Virus record (IMG/VR): IMGVR_UViG_3300048919_000265
Length of the DNA stretch: 64,000 bases
Source: a virus
Strand: one strand, 5' to 3'
In this document: positions 50,400 to 59,877 of the stretch, piece by piece
Layout of the letters: each line of letters starts with the position of its first letter
Numbering within the stretch: position 1 is the stretch's first letter
Translations under genes and position numbers: made by a program
The notes under the pieces: model-generated
Seen by the model: the letters and a program-made list of their open reading frames with translations, nothing else
Told to the model about the DNA's origin: nothing
The model's database searches: none

Positions 50400-50672
50400 T
50401 CAGCATTGAAATTTAAAAATTGCTGCCTCACCAAAGCTTTCGTTAACCAAGCTTTCTAGGCTTGGTTTTTGTTTCTCACCATTTAATATTTCTCTTGCTT
50501 TGTTCCCCATAAATGACATGCCTAGTAGCACATACTCCCTATCAAATGTGAAATTAGAATTCTTTGCTAGGCGATCTATCTCCTTAATCACTAGATTCAT
50601 AACTTCTTCTCCATAAAGTGGTTTTAGTGGATTATTATCTGACATTAAAATTCCTCCCTTTAAATTCATCAT
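50400..50672 (-). CDS. Hypothetical protein (start probably MSDNN)
   Basis: GGAGG upstream of the internal ATG. Confidence 0.6.
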   Translation of the reverse strand: MMNLKGGILMSDNNPLKPLYGEEVMNLVIKEIDRLAKNSNFTFDREYVLLGMSFMGNKAREILNGEKQKPSLESLVNESFGEAAIFKFQC

Positions 50673-50687
50673 AAGTTACTTTTTTAC

Positions 50688-50897
50688 TTAGTTTTCCGAG
50701 AATTTCTCTTCAGACCTTCCGCAGTTCGGACAAAAATTCGGTGCTTTGCTCCCTTTGCCAACAGTTTGGCAATTATTACATTTCCATGTACTAGGTTCAT
50801 ACTGTTCCCATGAACTTTTAGTTACTTCGAATAATTTATCACTTTTCATTAAAATCCCCCATCTAAATTTAACATGTGTCAAAACTGAACCAACCAT
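50688..50897 (-). CDS. Small Zn-ribbon protein
   Basis: WKCNNC...PNFCPNCG. Confidence 0.65.
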   Translation of the reverse strand: MVGSVLTHVKFRWGILMKSDKLFEVTKSSWEQYEPSTWKCNNCQTVGKGSKAPNFCPNCGRSEEKFSEN

Positions 50898-51156
50898 TAT
50901 CCATCAATAATTCCAAATCCAAATACTCCTCGAATCCAGCCTTTATTTCAAACTCATCACAATCCTTGTAAGTTTTTACATCGTACTTAGACTGTAATAC
51001 TGCAGAGGCCTCATACTTCCCACCGACTTCAAAAAGTGATAGTGTATCGGGCACCATTTCTTCAATATCTTCTCTCGATACCTTGATTTCTTCTACCCTC
51101 AATATAGTGTCCTCTACAAGTTCCAACTTATAGAATTTTAACTTACTATGATCCAT
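50869..51156 (-). CDS. Hypothetical acidic protein
   Basis: GGAG SD. Confidence 0.6.
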   Translation of the reverse strand: MDHSKLKFYKLELVEDTILRVEEIKVSREDIEEMVPDTLSLFEVGGKYEASAVLQSKYDVKTYKDCDEFEIKAGFEEYLDLELLMDNGWFSFDTC

Positions 51157-51264
51157 ACTGACGCTCCTTTATTTTTACAATATGTGCGTGAAACATTTCA
51201 CATCTTAGTCCTCGATTGTATGTAAAAAGGGGGATTTCTCCCCCTCAATGCGCCTAGCTAACCC

Positions 51265-51927
51265 TTAAAATCCTGGCAATTGATCCAAGTTGTTGCTTCT
51301 GAATCCGTCTGGTGAAGATCTCAAAATCAACTCACCCTCACGGTTATTTTGCACTTCAATACCTTGCAATTGTCTGTCAAACGCTGCTTGAATCATGTCG
51401 GCATAATCCAATACTTGACCATTTTGCAGTTGGAAAGCCTCGATCACGCCACGGCCTCCTTTACGAACTGCAACAACTGGTACCCCATACGCGCGTGGGA
51501 AACGAGCCAAATACTCATTATTCAATTGTTCGTAACTAAGCTGTGGGATACCATTTTGATGTCCGGAAGGACGATTAGATTGACCGCCCACACTTGCCCC
51601 GGATTGAATGCCACCACTTGTCATACCGTCTTGTTGGGACATGCCAAATTGCTGGCTCATGCTTCCACTTTGACCGCTATTGTAGTTACTTCCAGAAGCT
51701 CCACCACCTGCATATCCTTGGCTACCATTATATTGTGTGGACTCTCCACCAACATTATTAGTATATCCAGGGTTTGTGCTTCCTTGTCCTCCTTGGCCGA
51801 ACTTTTGAATACGTTGTTGAATCTCTTGCTGTCCAGGACGCACATGGATTTTCCCACTATTAAGCATAGCCATGCTGTCTTCGTGATTATTAAAACCTTG
51901 GCCTTGGTTGTTTTGATAGTTACTCAT
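51265..51927 (-). CDS. DUF3892-domain protein with N-terminal Q/N/G/S-rich low-complexity region
   Basis: GGAGG SD before MSNYQ at 51927; C-domain VVAVRK...IEAFQLQNGQVLDY...LRS.PDG..SNNLDQLPGF. Confidence 0.8.
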   Translation of the reverse strand: MSNYQNNQGQGFNNHEDSMAMLNSGKIHVRPGQQEIQQRIQKFGQGGQGSTNPGYTNNVGGESTQYNGSQGYAGGGASGSNYNSGQSGSMSQQFGMSQQDGMTSGGIQSGASVGGQSNRPSGHQNGIPQLSYEQLNNEYLARFPRAYGVPVVAVRKGGRGVIEAFQLQNGQVLDYADMIQAAFDRQLQGIEVQNNREGELILRSSPDGFRSNNLDQLPGF

Positions 51928-52116
51928 GAGTTGTATCCTCCTAGGATTGTTGTTTTTGTTTTCCCCAACAACCTGTTCCGATACTCCTCTCCCGAAGTTC
52001 AAATTCTTCGGGCATCACCCCTCTCAAAGTTTATTTCAAATAGATACCTCTAATAAATGTATGAGGCCTTCTGTGTTCTGGGCCTTCTCCAACTTTAACC
52101 CATCATTTGGTGTACT

Positions 52117-52683
52117 TTATTCCCGAGAGAATGAATTCATTTGATTTAACATCCCTGTTCCCTCCGGAGTATCTTCCAATTTAGTCGCAAACTTTCCTAA
52201 GATGCACATTCTACTACCTCTGAAATAACCTTCTACAGTATCTGTTAAATATCGCTCAAAATTATCTTCTTTGCTATAGTCAGTAATAACTTCTGCCAAA
52301 CCATAACTTCTAGTCACTTCCAGAAGTTCTTCTAATTTTTTATCATTTACAGCGTGGTCGAAGATAAACCACGTCTCATCATCAGAAGATCCTCCAACAT
52401 AAGTCCCAAATCCAATATCATACAAATCTTCTTCAAATTTATCTGAAAAGTGTAAATGTTCATCGGATAAAAATCTGACCTCAAATCTATTATTAAATTT
52501 AATTACGTGAACTATGTTTGAGCGGCCCACTACTTCCTTATATTCCTTTCGTTTGAGGTGTATTAAAAGTATAGGTTCATTATTATCAAAAGATTCACTA
52601 ACCGTTGGATGATTTTGTGCACCTTTTGTTAACTTAACTCCCTCAATTTTTCTAAGTTTGATCCTATCAAAGTCTGTAATCAC
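52117..52683 (-). CDS. Hypothetical protein with near-terminal LNQMNSF
   Basis: GGAGG SD, GTG start. Confidence 0.75.
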   Translation of the reverse strand: MITDFDRIKLRKIEGVKLTKGAQNHPTVSESFDNNEPILLIHLKRKEYKEVVGRSNIVHVIKFNNRFEVRFLSDEHLHFSDKFEEDLYDIGFGTYVGGSSDDETWFIFDHAVNDKKLEELLEVTRSYGLAEVITDYSKEDNFERYLTDTVEGYFRGSRMCILGKFATKLEDTPEGTGMLNQMNSFSRE

Positions 52684-52873
52684 AATAATACCCTCCTAGG
52701 TTAATTTATGTAATCAGTTTTGGGGTTAGGACCCCAAAACGTTCCAATCCTCAACCTTCTAACACTGCATAACATTACAGTATTATGGTAAACACTTAAC
52801 TCCTCAATACTACTGTGTAGGATCAGTTTTCAGCATGTTAAAGGTATAGTAGGGCTCAAAAATTATTCTCCTA

Positions 52874-52891
52874 ATATATATATATATATAT
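52874..52891. repeat. (AT)9 microsatellite
   Basis: atatatatatatatatat. Confidence 0.85.
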
Positions 52892-53535
52892 TATAAATTA
52901 TATCTCTTGCTATAGTGTTCTCTAAACTCAACAAACTTATCCCAATCAAGATCAGCTTGGTCTATCATAACCTCACAGTACTTTTCGTTAGTTTTCCAAA
53001 ACTTCTCTCTGACGTCTTCAGGTAGAGCATTTGCTGCACTGCGTATAGCACATACAAAGTTCAACAACTTAAAATGCCTTTCATCTTTCACAGCATTGGC
53101 ATCTTTCCGAGGGAAAGCTATAAATCCTTTATCATAATTTTCTTTGATCTTTGCCTGCATCATGGGGGATATACCAACAAACCAACTTGCGTAACTAACA
53201 TACTTCATGTCTTCTTTAGGTGTAGGTCCATACCAACGAATATAAACTTTCCTCTTAGATGGTTGGTTGTTGAAATATGTCATGAATTCATCATAAGTCA
53301 ATAATGCCTTACTTGTGTACATCGTAGCAACATTTTTAATTCCTTGCTGATTAAGTATTTTGCCTAGAAGTTCTTCAATGCTGTCATGTCCAAAAAGGCT
53401 ACTACGACCAGAAAATCCGATATTAGAACCTTTGGTTTCAGACATAATTGTCACCATTTCAAAGTTATTCAAATATTCAATCGCTGGGCTCATATTATTG
53501 GCCCCTTTCAAATTTGTCGGAGTCATAAGCTCCAT
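52891..53535 (-). CDS. Hypothetical protein
   Basis: 214-aa ORF; no family recognised. Confidence 0.7.
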   Translation of the reverse strand: MELMTPTNLKGANNMSPAIEYLNNFEMVTIMSETKGSNIGFSGRSSLFGHDSIEELLGKILNQQGIKNVATMYTSKALLTYDEFMTYFNNQPSKRKVYIRWYGPTPKEDMKYVSYASWFVGISPMMQAKIKENYDKGFIAFPRKDANAVKDERHFKLLNFVCAIRSAANALPEDVREKFWKTNEKYCEVMIDQADLDWDKFVEFREHYSKRYNL

Positions 53536-53634
53536 CGAAGAGTCGTATCTCCAACTCTTCTGTGCAACCTATGAATCTACTATTTATTGGTTTGCGCATC
53601 CTCGATAGAGCTTAGTCCTTCCGGAAAGCTATAG

Positions 53635-53970
53635 CTAGTAATTGCTTCTAACGACTTCTATAACGTTTTCTAAGTCTGAAGAACTCAGCCTACCAATACG
53701 GTACTCCAAATTACTACTGGGTATTGTATTAATTTTAGATGTCCGTACAATAGATTTTCTATTTAGCCCTGCTGACTGCCAGTCAATTTCCACATCTCGG
53801 TAATCCCTCACAGAGTGAGTTGTTATGGTGGAAACTTGCGCGTCCAAATCCACCACCTTCAATGGCAACTGCTTAGATATTAACAATAAGGGCCTCCCCT
53901 TATCACCATCTCTAATGCTATCGAACCATATATCCCCTTGTTTCTTGGTAGTGTTGGAAAATTTATTCAT
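53635..53970 (-). CDS. mazF: PemK/MazF-like toxin
   Basis: QGDIW, KGRPLLLIS, AGLNRKSIVRTSKINTI, IGRLS..DL; ATG at 53970 overlaps the antitoxin stop. Confidence 0.8.
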   Translation of the reverse strand: MNKFSNTTKKQGDIWFDSIRDGDKGRPLLLISKQLPLKVVDLDAQVSTITTHSVRDYRDVEIDWQSAGLNRKSIVRTSKINTIPSSNLEYRIGRLSSSDLENVIEVVRSNY

Positions 53971-54146
53971 TCTTTCCATCTAAGTCACTCCAATACTCTG
54001 AGAGATCCTCCAAGAGCAGGAGGAGTTCTTGCTCGGTCAGAGGCTTTCTGCCGAAATATTCCTTATTCATCATTCCAAGAAATTTAATGCGTTCCTCCAT
54101 TAGACAAATTTCTCACCGCTTGAAAGAGTTCATCTGCTGTGTTCAA
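53963..54146 (-). pseudogene. Cognate antitoxin interrupted by a 1-nt frameshift
   Basis: GGAGG SD, TTG; 184 nt = 61 codons + 1; repaired MNTADELFQAVRNLSMEERIKFLG...DGKNE. Confidence 0.65.
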
Positions 54147-54295
54147 ATTAGCACACCTCCTAATAATTATAAAAGTCAGTCCGACTAGACTTGAATAAAT
54201 CACAGCACTTCATCTTATCTCCTCTAATTACTTTATTAATGAATTAGATTTGCATAAAGACTGTTTAAACCTAGAGGTATTCTTCATTTCTGTCC

Positions 54296-55138
54296 TTAGA
54301 AAGTACTCATAGACTTCATTGATCTTTGTTCATGACTTTTTATGAAATCTGATATCTCTACATATGAGGTTTCCAAATCTAAATAGTTGCTCACGTCAAG
54401 TCCTAGTAACAAGGCTTTTCGTAACATTAACATATTCTGAAAATTTATGTTATGATTAGCATATAAGGAAACATTTAAGCCTTGTGATAATCCTATCCTT
54501 ATTTCTCTCATTTGCCTGCTGTCGAACAAAGGAGTTACAAAAGGTCGTATATCAAACCCTTCTTTAATAGATTTCTTTATCTGAGAGATCTGGAATGGAT
54601 TGTTATAAATCAAATCAACGCTATTATGATTTCTTTGATACTCCGTGCTGTATAGTACTTGTTGTCTTAGATCCCTAAAAGATTGTTGATCCTCCATGCC
54701 ACATAATTCCAAATTCTCTACGCAATTAAGAGCGCCTTTGTTACCCTTCACGTCTTTCCGCACAAGGTCAAAAGACTTTGCGCTGCAGATGAACAAATCA
54801 CTCTCTGGGAGCTCAAATTCCTCCAGTACCCAGACCTCTCCCGTCAAATAACTGTCAAATACTCCATACCTCTCTAAAGACTCGGACTCAATAATCTCAG
54901 TGATACCGAGTTTCTCAGTGTCTACTTTGAAAACAAGAAAAAGACCTTCTTGAACTTCTTCCACCAAGTCCAACCTCTCCGCACCTGAAGGGCAGGCACT
55001 CACAGCGCCTTCTATTGAAGTCGATAAGCAAATACGGGGGATATGCTTATCCTCTCCCACCATAGGATAGTAAGGTTCCCTAGGAACAAACTTCCTATCG
55101 GTATTCTCTAAGTCAAATCTAACATGATATAGAATCAT
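54296..55138 (-). CDS. Putative ART-like N-domain + GLDVSxY repeat region, ending MKSMSTF
   Basis: LYHV...FVPREP...EDKHIPRICLSTSIEG; QMREIRIGLSQGLNVSLYA and LLGLDVSNY repeats. Confidence 0.6.
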   Translation of the reverse strand: MILYHVRFDLENTDRKFVPREPYYPMVGEDKHIPRICLSTSIEGAVSACPSGAERLDLVEEVQEGLFLVFKVDTEKLGITEIIESESLERYGVFDSYLTGEVWVLEEFELPESDLFICSAKSFDLVRKDVKGNKGALNCVENLELCGMEDQQSFRDLRQQVLYSTEYQRNHNSVDLIYNNPFQISQIKKSIKEGFDIRPFVTPLFDSRQMREIRIGLSQGLNVSLYANHNINFQNMLMLRKALLLGLDVSNYLDLETSYVEISDFIKSHEQRSMKSMSTF

Positions 55139-55199
55139 ATAACTACCATAGCCTTTCCAGTTTTGAGTTCCAATCGAAATTCATATAATTTCCTCCTAA

Positions 55200-55664
55200 T
55201 CAATACCACTGATCATTCTCTACATATATTAGAACTTTCTTGTTTTCTATGTGGCCATAAGAATCAGCATAAGCTTCAATCAGCGCTTTATAACAACCGC
55301 CTTCATTCACTCTTTCTTCCTCTGCTATCTTTAACCAATCATCAAAAGTCACTATACCGCGGCTAGCCACTCCTACTGAATCCAGTTGATCTATGCGTTT
55401 AACTACCTTACTCGCCTCTTCTAAGTTCAATCCTAATGCTGCAAAATCTTGATCCTCAGTTAAAGAATCGTCGCTAATAAAGTCTCCTACCACACTGGCA
55501 TGCTTACTCGTATAATGGTTAAAACAATGGCGAAAACCATAAGGCAAAGTCAACCCTTCAGGGAGTATATCATAATTAATTTCAACATTAACGAATTTCT
55601 CTTCACTGTCATGATACTTGCTCAATCCCACAATAATTACACTAACTGTAACATCCAATCCCAT
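55200..55664 (-). CDS. Hypothetical protein
   Basis: Co-oriented. Confidence 0.65.
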   Translation of the reverse strand: MGLDVTVSVIIVGLSKYHDSEEKFVNVEINYDILPEGLTLPYGFRHCFNHYTSKHASVVGDFISDDSLTEDQDFAALGLNLEEASKVVKRIDQLDSVGVASRGIVTFDDWLKIAEEERVNEGGCYKALIEAYADSYGHIENKKVLIYVENDQWY

Positions 55665-55768
55665 TCCAATAACCTCCTAATATGTAGATTCTCTTTCAAG
55701 AATCGTGGTACCCATTGTCTTACTTACCACTCTCACCTGCACTTATGTATAATGTGGGAAACCTTGTC

Positions 55769-56155
55769 TTATAGGTTTCCCCCTTCGCTAGCAAATGACG
55801 CACCGACCACAATAATCATTACTTGGCTATCCTCAGGCTCATCGTCTTCCTCGTAAATTTCCACTTCTTTCACTTTCTTTCCATTATCCCAAGCACATAC
55901 TCTAGCCTTACCATGAAACCTACTATTTGCATAATCGTTAGCTATCTCTATTGCTTTGTTCTCATCGGTGTCTGCATATTCTAAATTCCAATGTTCTTCG
56001 TAATTTTCTGAGAAAGTCTCAGCAGTGTAAATTAATATTGCATTATAAAGATCAGATTTCATTAATTCTATCGCCTCCTCTCCAACCTCTTTGTATCCAA
56101 TAAGGGTTTTACAAAAATCCAATCCTTTTAAGCTACTTTGTTTTTTATTACACAC
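55769..56155 (-). CDS. Hypothetical protein
   Basis: Co-oriented; start uncertain. Confidence 0.5.
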   Translation of the reverse strand: MCNKKQSSLKGLDFCKTLIGYKEVGEEAIELMKSDLYNAILIYTAETFSENYEEHWNLEYADTDENKAIEIANDYANSRFHGKARVCAWDNGKKVKEVEIYEEDDEPEDSQVMIIVVGASFASEGGNL

Positions 56156-56304
56156 ATTTGAAATTACCCAGATGAATTCATTCTTTATTAGCGTCTATCT
56201 TCACTAAATACTCGTACTCTCGCTTTTAACTCAACCGGGAATCTTTCACATTGCCAACAATAACAAAGTTAGGTAGATGTTTCTTTCATAATTAACAAAC
56301 TAAG

Positions 56305-56814
56305 TTATTCGATACTATCGCCAAATGAAATAAGCTCATTCTCATACCATACACTATAGTTGCACCCTGCAAAATCCGAGCCTTTCCAAACGGGTGTTAC
56401 ATTTACCTCAAAGTTACGAAACCTATACACATAGGTTTCCCATTCTTCAATAGTCTCTTGCTTCCCAACAAAAATACTATCCTTTAAATCCACAAATATA
56501 CCATCATGATCCACACTCAAACCTTGACTATTGTTGAAAAATCTCTTACCTTTCAAAGGCCCGACCAGTACCTCAACAACCAAGGAAGTCATTAGCAATT
56601 CTGAAGGGGCAACAACTGGGAACACTTGATTTTTCCTAATAGGGAGGAGTCGGCAGTCCATACCATTATCGAAAGAAAATTCCAGGATTGGGAGAAGTTC
56701 ACCTTCTTTAAAAAATTCCAGTGCAAATCCCGGACGCTCGAGATTACGCACAGCAACCGAGCAATCACCTACTTTGGTAAGCTGAAGGCTTGAAGATACC
56801 TTATCAATTTCCAT
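56305..56814 (-). CDS. Hypothetical protein
   Basis: GGAGG SD. Confidence 0.7.
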   Translation of the reverse strand: MEIDKVSSSLQLTKVGDCSVAVRNLERPGFALEFFKEGELLPILEFSFDNGMDCRLLPIRKNQVFPVVAPSELLMTSLVVEVLVGPLKGKRFFNNSQGLSVDHDGIFVDLKDSIFVGKQETIEEWETYVYRFRNFEVNVTPVWKGSDFAGCNYSVWYENELISFGDSIE

Positions 56815-56879
56815 GTACTAACCTCCAATTTTCCATTAGAATGTTATAATAATGGATGAAATTTTAGAGTCAATCCTCC

Positions 56880-57254
56880 TCATAGAATTCTTCCTCTTTC
56901 ACCCTTCTTAACCAAACTTACCTCTTCTGAATAGTAACCATTGCTTGACACATACCAACGAACAGTAACATAGCCCTTAATTGTAGCAAACTTGTAAAAA
57001 GTCCATGTACCTGACTCCTCTGCTTCGGGATCTTTCTCACTAACTTCTTCGGCCATAGTTAGTGGATAACCAATCAAATTACCTAAATCTCCCTCTATAT
57101 CTTCGATGTATACACCCTTACAGCAATCTTCCTTATGATACATTTCATATCGAGTTCCATTGTCAAACGTAAAGATTATATAATCCTCTTCTTCATTTAC
57201 ATACACTTCCTGCAAAGTTTTGCCCAAGAACTCAGTAATTATCGTTGCTGACAT
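56880..57254 (-). CDS. Phage-type hypothetical protein, paralog A
   Basis: YH.EDCC..VYIEDI.GDL..LIG.PL..AEE...TWTFYKFATIKGYVT.RW...SNGYYSEEV. Confidence 0.8.
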   Translation of the reverse strand: MSATIITEFLGKTLQEVYVNEEEDYIIFTFDNGTRYEMYHKEDCCKGVYIEDIEGDLGNLIGYPLTMAEEVSEKDPEAEESGTWTFYKFATIKGYVTVRWYVSSNGYYSEEVSLVKKGERGRIL

Positions 57255-57419
57255 ATGCGCTGACCCCCAGTTATAATATTTTCCTGTGCGAGTAAATTAA
57301 TTATTCCATAAATCATTTCCTTTTATAATGTCTATCTGATATTTTATCATAAAAGGAAATAACTGCTTTTAACGTGGTGCAGACTAAGTGTTATAGTTAA
57401 GACGTTTGACTATTGAGGA

Positions 57420-57797
57420 CTAGTTAGTATTCATCTTAGACAAATATACCTCTTCTGCATAATAACCATTGCTTGCCCCATACCATCGCATAGTGACATA
57501 CCCCTTAATGGTGGCAAACTTATAGAAAGTCCAAGTTCCGGATTCGTGGGCCTCGTGATCTTCTTCACTTATTTCCTCCGCCATAGTTAAGGGAGAACCA
57601 ATTAGATTACCTAAAGTGCCTGCTATATCCTCAATATACACGGATGCGCATGAATCCTCAAGCTGGCACATTTTATATTGATCCCCGTTATCAAACGTAA
57701 AAATTATGTAATCATCTTCCTCATCTACAAATACTTCTTGCAGAACTTTCCCCAGAAATTCTTCAATTATAGTTGTTGACATATGTGATACCTCCAT
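57420..57797 (-). CDS. Phage-type hypothetical protein, paralog B
   Basis: Near-identical motif string to 56880-57254. Confidence 0.8.
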   Translation of the reverse strand: MEVSHMSTTIIEEFLGKVLQEVFVDEEDDYIIFTFDNGDQYKMCQLEDSCASVYIEDIAGTLGNLIGSPLTMAEEISEEDHEAHESGTWTFYKFATIKGYVTMRWYGASNGYYAEEVYLSKMNTN

Positions 57798-57942
57798 TTA
57801 TAATAAATCAATCGTTTACTGGTTCATTATTTCTTCCAGTTTAGTATAAACGCTTCACAAGTTTTAAAAGGGTTTATACTAAACTTCTAATTATCAAACA
57901 TTAATCAATGACCTCTCCAACTTCATACTAAACCTTTTATGA

Positions 57943-58617
57943 CTAACCACCATTTCTCTTCATTTGTTGTAATTTAATCTCTTCCATAAATTCTTTAAGT
58001 AAGAAGTCCCCATCACCGTACATAAAATCAGAAAAACAACCAACATCTATAGCCCTAACTTTATTTCCCTGAATAAAAATACTTGACAACTTCAAATCTA
58101 AAGGAAACAGTCCTCGAGATCTAACAAATTTAAACATGTCTTTGATATCTGTTAAGGTGGAATCAGTTAACACTCCTCCTTTAGATAAGAAGTTATACAA
58201 ATTCTGTCCTTCTATCTTTTCCATAAGAAGAAATTTTCCAGGTACATAACCATATAACTCAGGGAACCATTTATTATCCCCTAATATTTCTAGTACTTCC
58301 TCATCAAAATACTCTTCTCCATCAATAGCTCTAGGTTCTGTATCTTTAGAATGTATTTTTAAAACTATTTTACTTCCTGATAACGCTGTGTATTCAAAAC
58401 AACTACCGAAGTCTCCACTGCCTAAATAATTTAATTCCTTAAAAAGCTGCTTCTCTTCTATAATGCTATTTATAATATTGAAATCACGGAAACTAAGGTA
58501 TTCGCTTAAGATAACTATATCATCATTTTGAACTTCTAATGATCCTGCCTTTAAGTGTTTATTACTCCTTAATTCATCAGCACATACATTCAAAGAAAAA
58601 CTATCCATATCTCGCAT
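57943..58617 (-). CDS. Protein kinase-like fold protein
   Basis: LGSGDFG, IVLKI, LLMEKIEG, PLDLKLSSI, AIDVG. Confidence 0.8.
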   Translation of the reverse strand: MRDMDSFSLNVCADELRSNKHLKAGSLEVQNDDIVILSEYLSFRDFNIINSIIEEKQLFKELNYLGSGDFGSCFEYTALSGSKIVLKIHSKDTEPRAIDGEEYFDEEVLEILGDNKWFPELYGYVPGKFLLMEKIEGQNLYNFLSKGGVLTDSTLTDIKDMFKFVRSRGLFPLDLKLSSIFIQGNKVRAIDVGCFSDFMYGDGDFLLKEFMEEIKLQQMKRNGG

Positions 58618-58642
58618 ATTATACCTCTAAGTGTTAATGAGG

Positions 58643-58936
58643 TTAACACTTCAATCTATTTTTATGATACATAACTGCCACGGTAATGAAACCTAGAACT
58701 GCTATAAATATCAATGAATCTGCCAGCACGATACTCCAATGACTGTTTAAGAACCATCCTTTGATTAAGACATCTAAAGACTCTGAAAATTTCGATTGAG
58801 TTAACGCTTCTTGTAACACTGGTTGTAACGAGATAGTGGCGATCACCAAACATGCAATTGATAACTCAGACACATGAAATAGATCCACCTTTGACGGAAC
58901 CTTCATTCCCTTCATCCCTCCTTTAGAGTTAACCAA
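58643..58936 (-). CDS. Two-TM membrane protein
   Basis: Hydrophobic segments. Confidence 0.55.
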   Translation of the reverse strand: MVNSKGGMKGMKVPSKVDLFHVSELSIACLVIATISLQPVLQEALTQSKFSESLDVLIKGWFLNSHWSIVLADSLIFIAVLGFITVAVMYHKNRLKC

Positions 58937-59309
58937 TCGAACTGGTAAACCAACTTCCTAAAATAACCCCACAAGTTTCACAAACTACATAATTCATAAA
59001 AGTTGTTTCAGGCAGCAACTTGCGACCTAATGATAATTTCTCACTGCCACAGATGCGGCACTCTTTTTTCACTTCTAGATTAGTACATAGATCTTGTAAA
59101 CGCTTTTGGGTGTCCTCATCATTGAGACTAAAATCAGAACTATGGAAGATCTCCAACACTTTCTTAACATCCCTCACAGAAAGACATCCCGAATACGTTA
59201 ATATTTTCAAATTATCAACATTCCTGCTAGCGTTATACTTATTAGACTGCTTAGCACCTAATTCCTTAACTCCTATATTTATCTTCTTAAAAATTGAATT
59301 TGACATCAC
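58929..59309 (-). CDS. Hypothetical protein with C-terminal Zn ribbon
   Basis: CRICG...CETCG. Confidence 0.6.
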   Translation of the reverse strand: MMSNSIFKKINIGVKELGAKQSNKYNASRNVDNLKILTYSGCLSVRDVKKVLEIFHSSDFSLNDEDTQKRLQDLCTNLEVKKECRICGSEKLSLGRKLLPETTFMNYVVCETCGVILGSWFTSSIG

Positions 59310-59404
59310 TAGTTCACTCCTAATTTACAAAGTATTAAGGTTGGTAACTCATAAGAAATCAGGATAAGTGTGTTACTTACTTTAATGTGTCAGGTGCTCG
59401 TCCG

Positions 59405-59633
59405 TCATTCTTTATACAGACACCATTCACGTTGCCCAGAAACAAGTTCTAAATAAATGGATTTTAAAGGTTCCACGGATGGACTATCCCAACCCAACCA
59501 ACTAGCGCAAACATCGTCTGAATATTCCATCCAAATATCCATAAGGAATAGGAGGCTTCCTGTGTCCATGACTTAATGACTTTGTAGGTACTGGCTCGCC
59601 CATCCCTACAAAGTCAATTATTTCTCTTGGCAT
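59405..59633 (-). pseudogene. Frameshifted gene remnant (MPREIIDFVG...)
   Basis: AGGGGAG SD; 229 nt = 76 codons + 1. Confidence 0.35.
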
Positions 59634-59756
59634 ATCTCCCCTAGCATAGTAAATACCTTACTTATCCAGATTACCATCTTTATCATAGGTAGGAATAAAT
59701 ATTGCCGCAAACAAATTATTTTCCCCTACAATCGCCAGCCTTCAACTATTATCGTC

Positions 59757-59851
59757 TTCTAAACAGAGGCAATCACTGTACCCAGCGGAGGAGAGTCACT
59801 GCACTCCTACAGTGATTGCCTCGGGTTAGAAGGTGAACTGTAGTTCACCTT
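59757..59851. other. Compound structured element (long stem with inner hairpin plus adjacent hairpin)
   Basis: 15-bp perfect IR gaggcaatcactgta/tacagtgattgcctc; 10-bp IR aaggtgaact/agttcacctt. Confidence 0.65.
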
Positions 59852-59877
59852 AATTTATGTTATTGTCTATACCCTAC

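Noticed and set aside
51265-51285. DUF3892 terminus LDQLPGF as an independent tag instance
   Set aside because: Fits LxxLxxF, but I recall this as the native end of the DUF3892 family, so it is not counted as evidence of tagging.
53540-53634. Possible c-di-GMP riboswitch (GCAAACC...GGTTGC) upstream of 52891-53535
   Set aside because: Only a simple hairpin; the second conserved stem and GNRA-receptor features are not evident.
57420-57975. Near matches LSKMNTN* and LQQMKRNGG*; also F-ending MANVSF (TadC) and IKDYF (61879)
   Set aside because: They lack the terminal F or the M/L at -4; excluded from the tag count.
2019-59367. All plus-strand ORFs in the track, including the long ones at 51349-52053 (234 aa), 13764-14273 and 19268-19741
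   Set aside because: Antisense shadows of well-supported minus-strand genes; no family motifs recognised.
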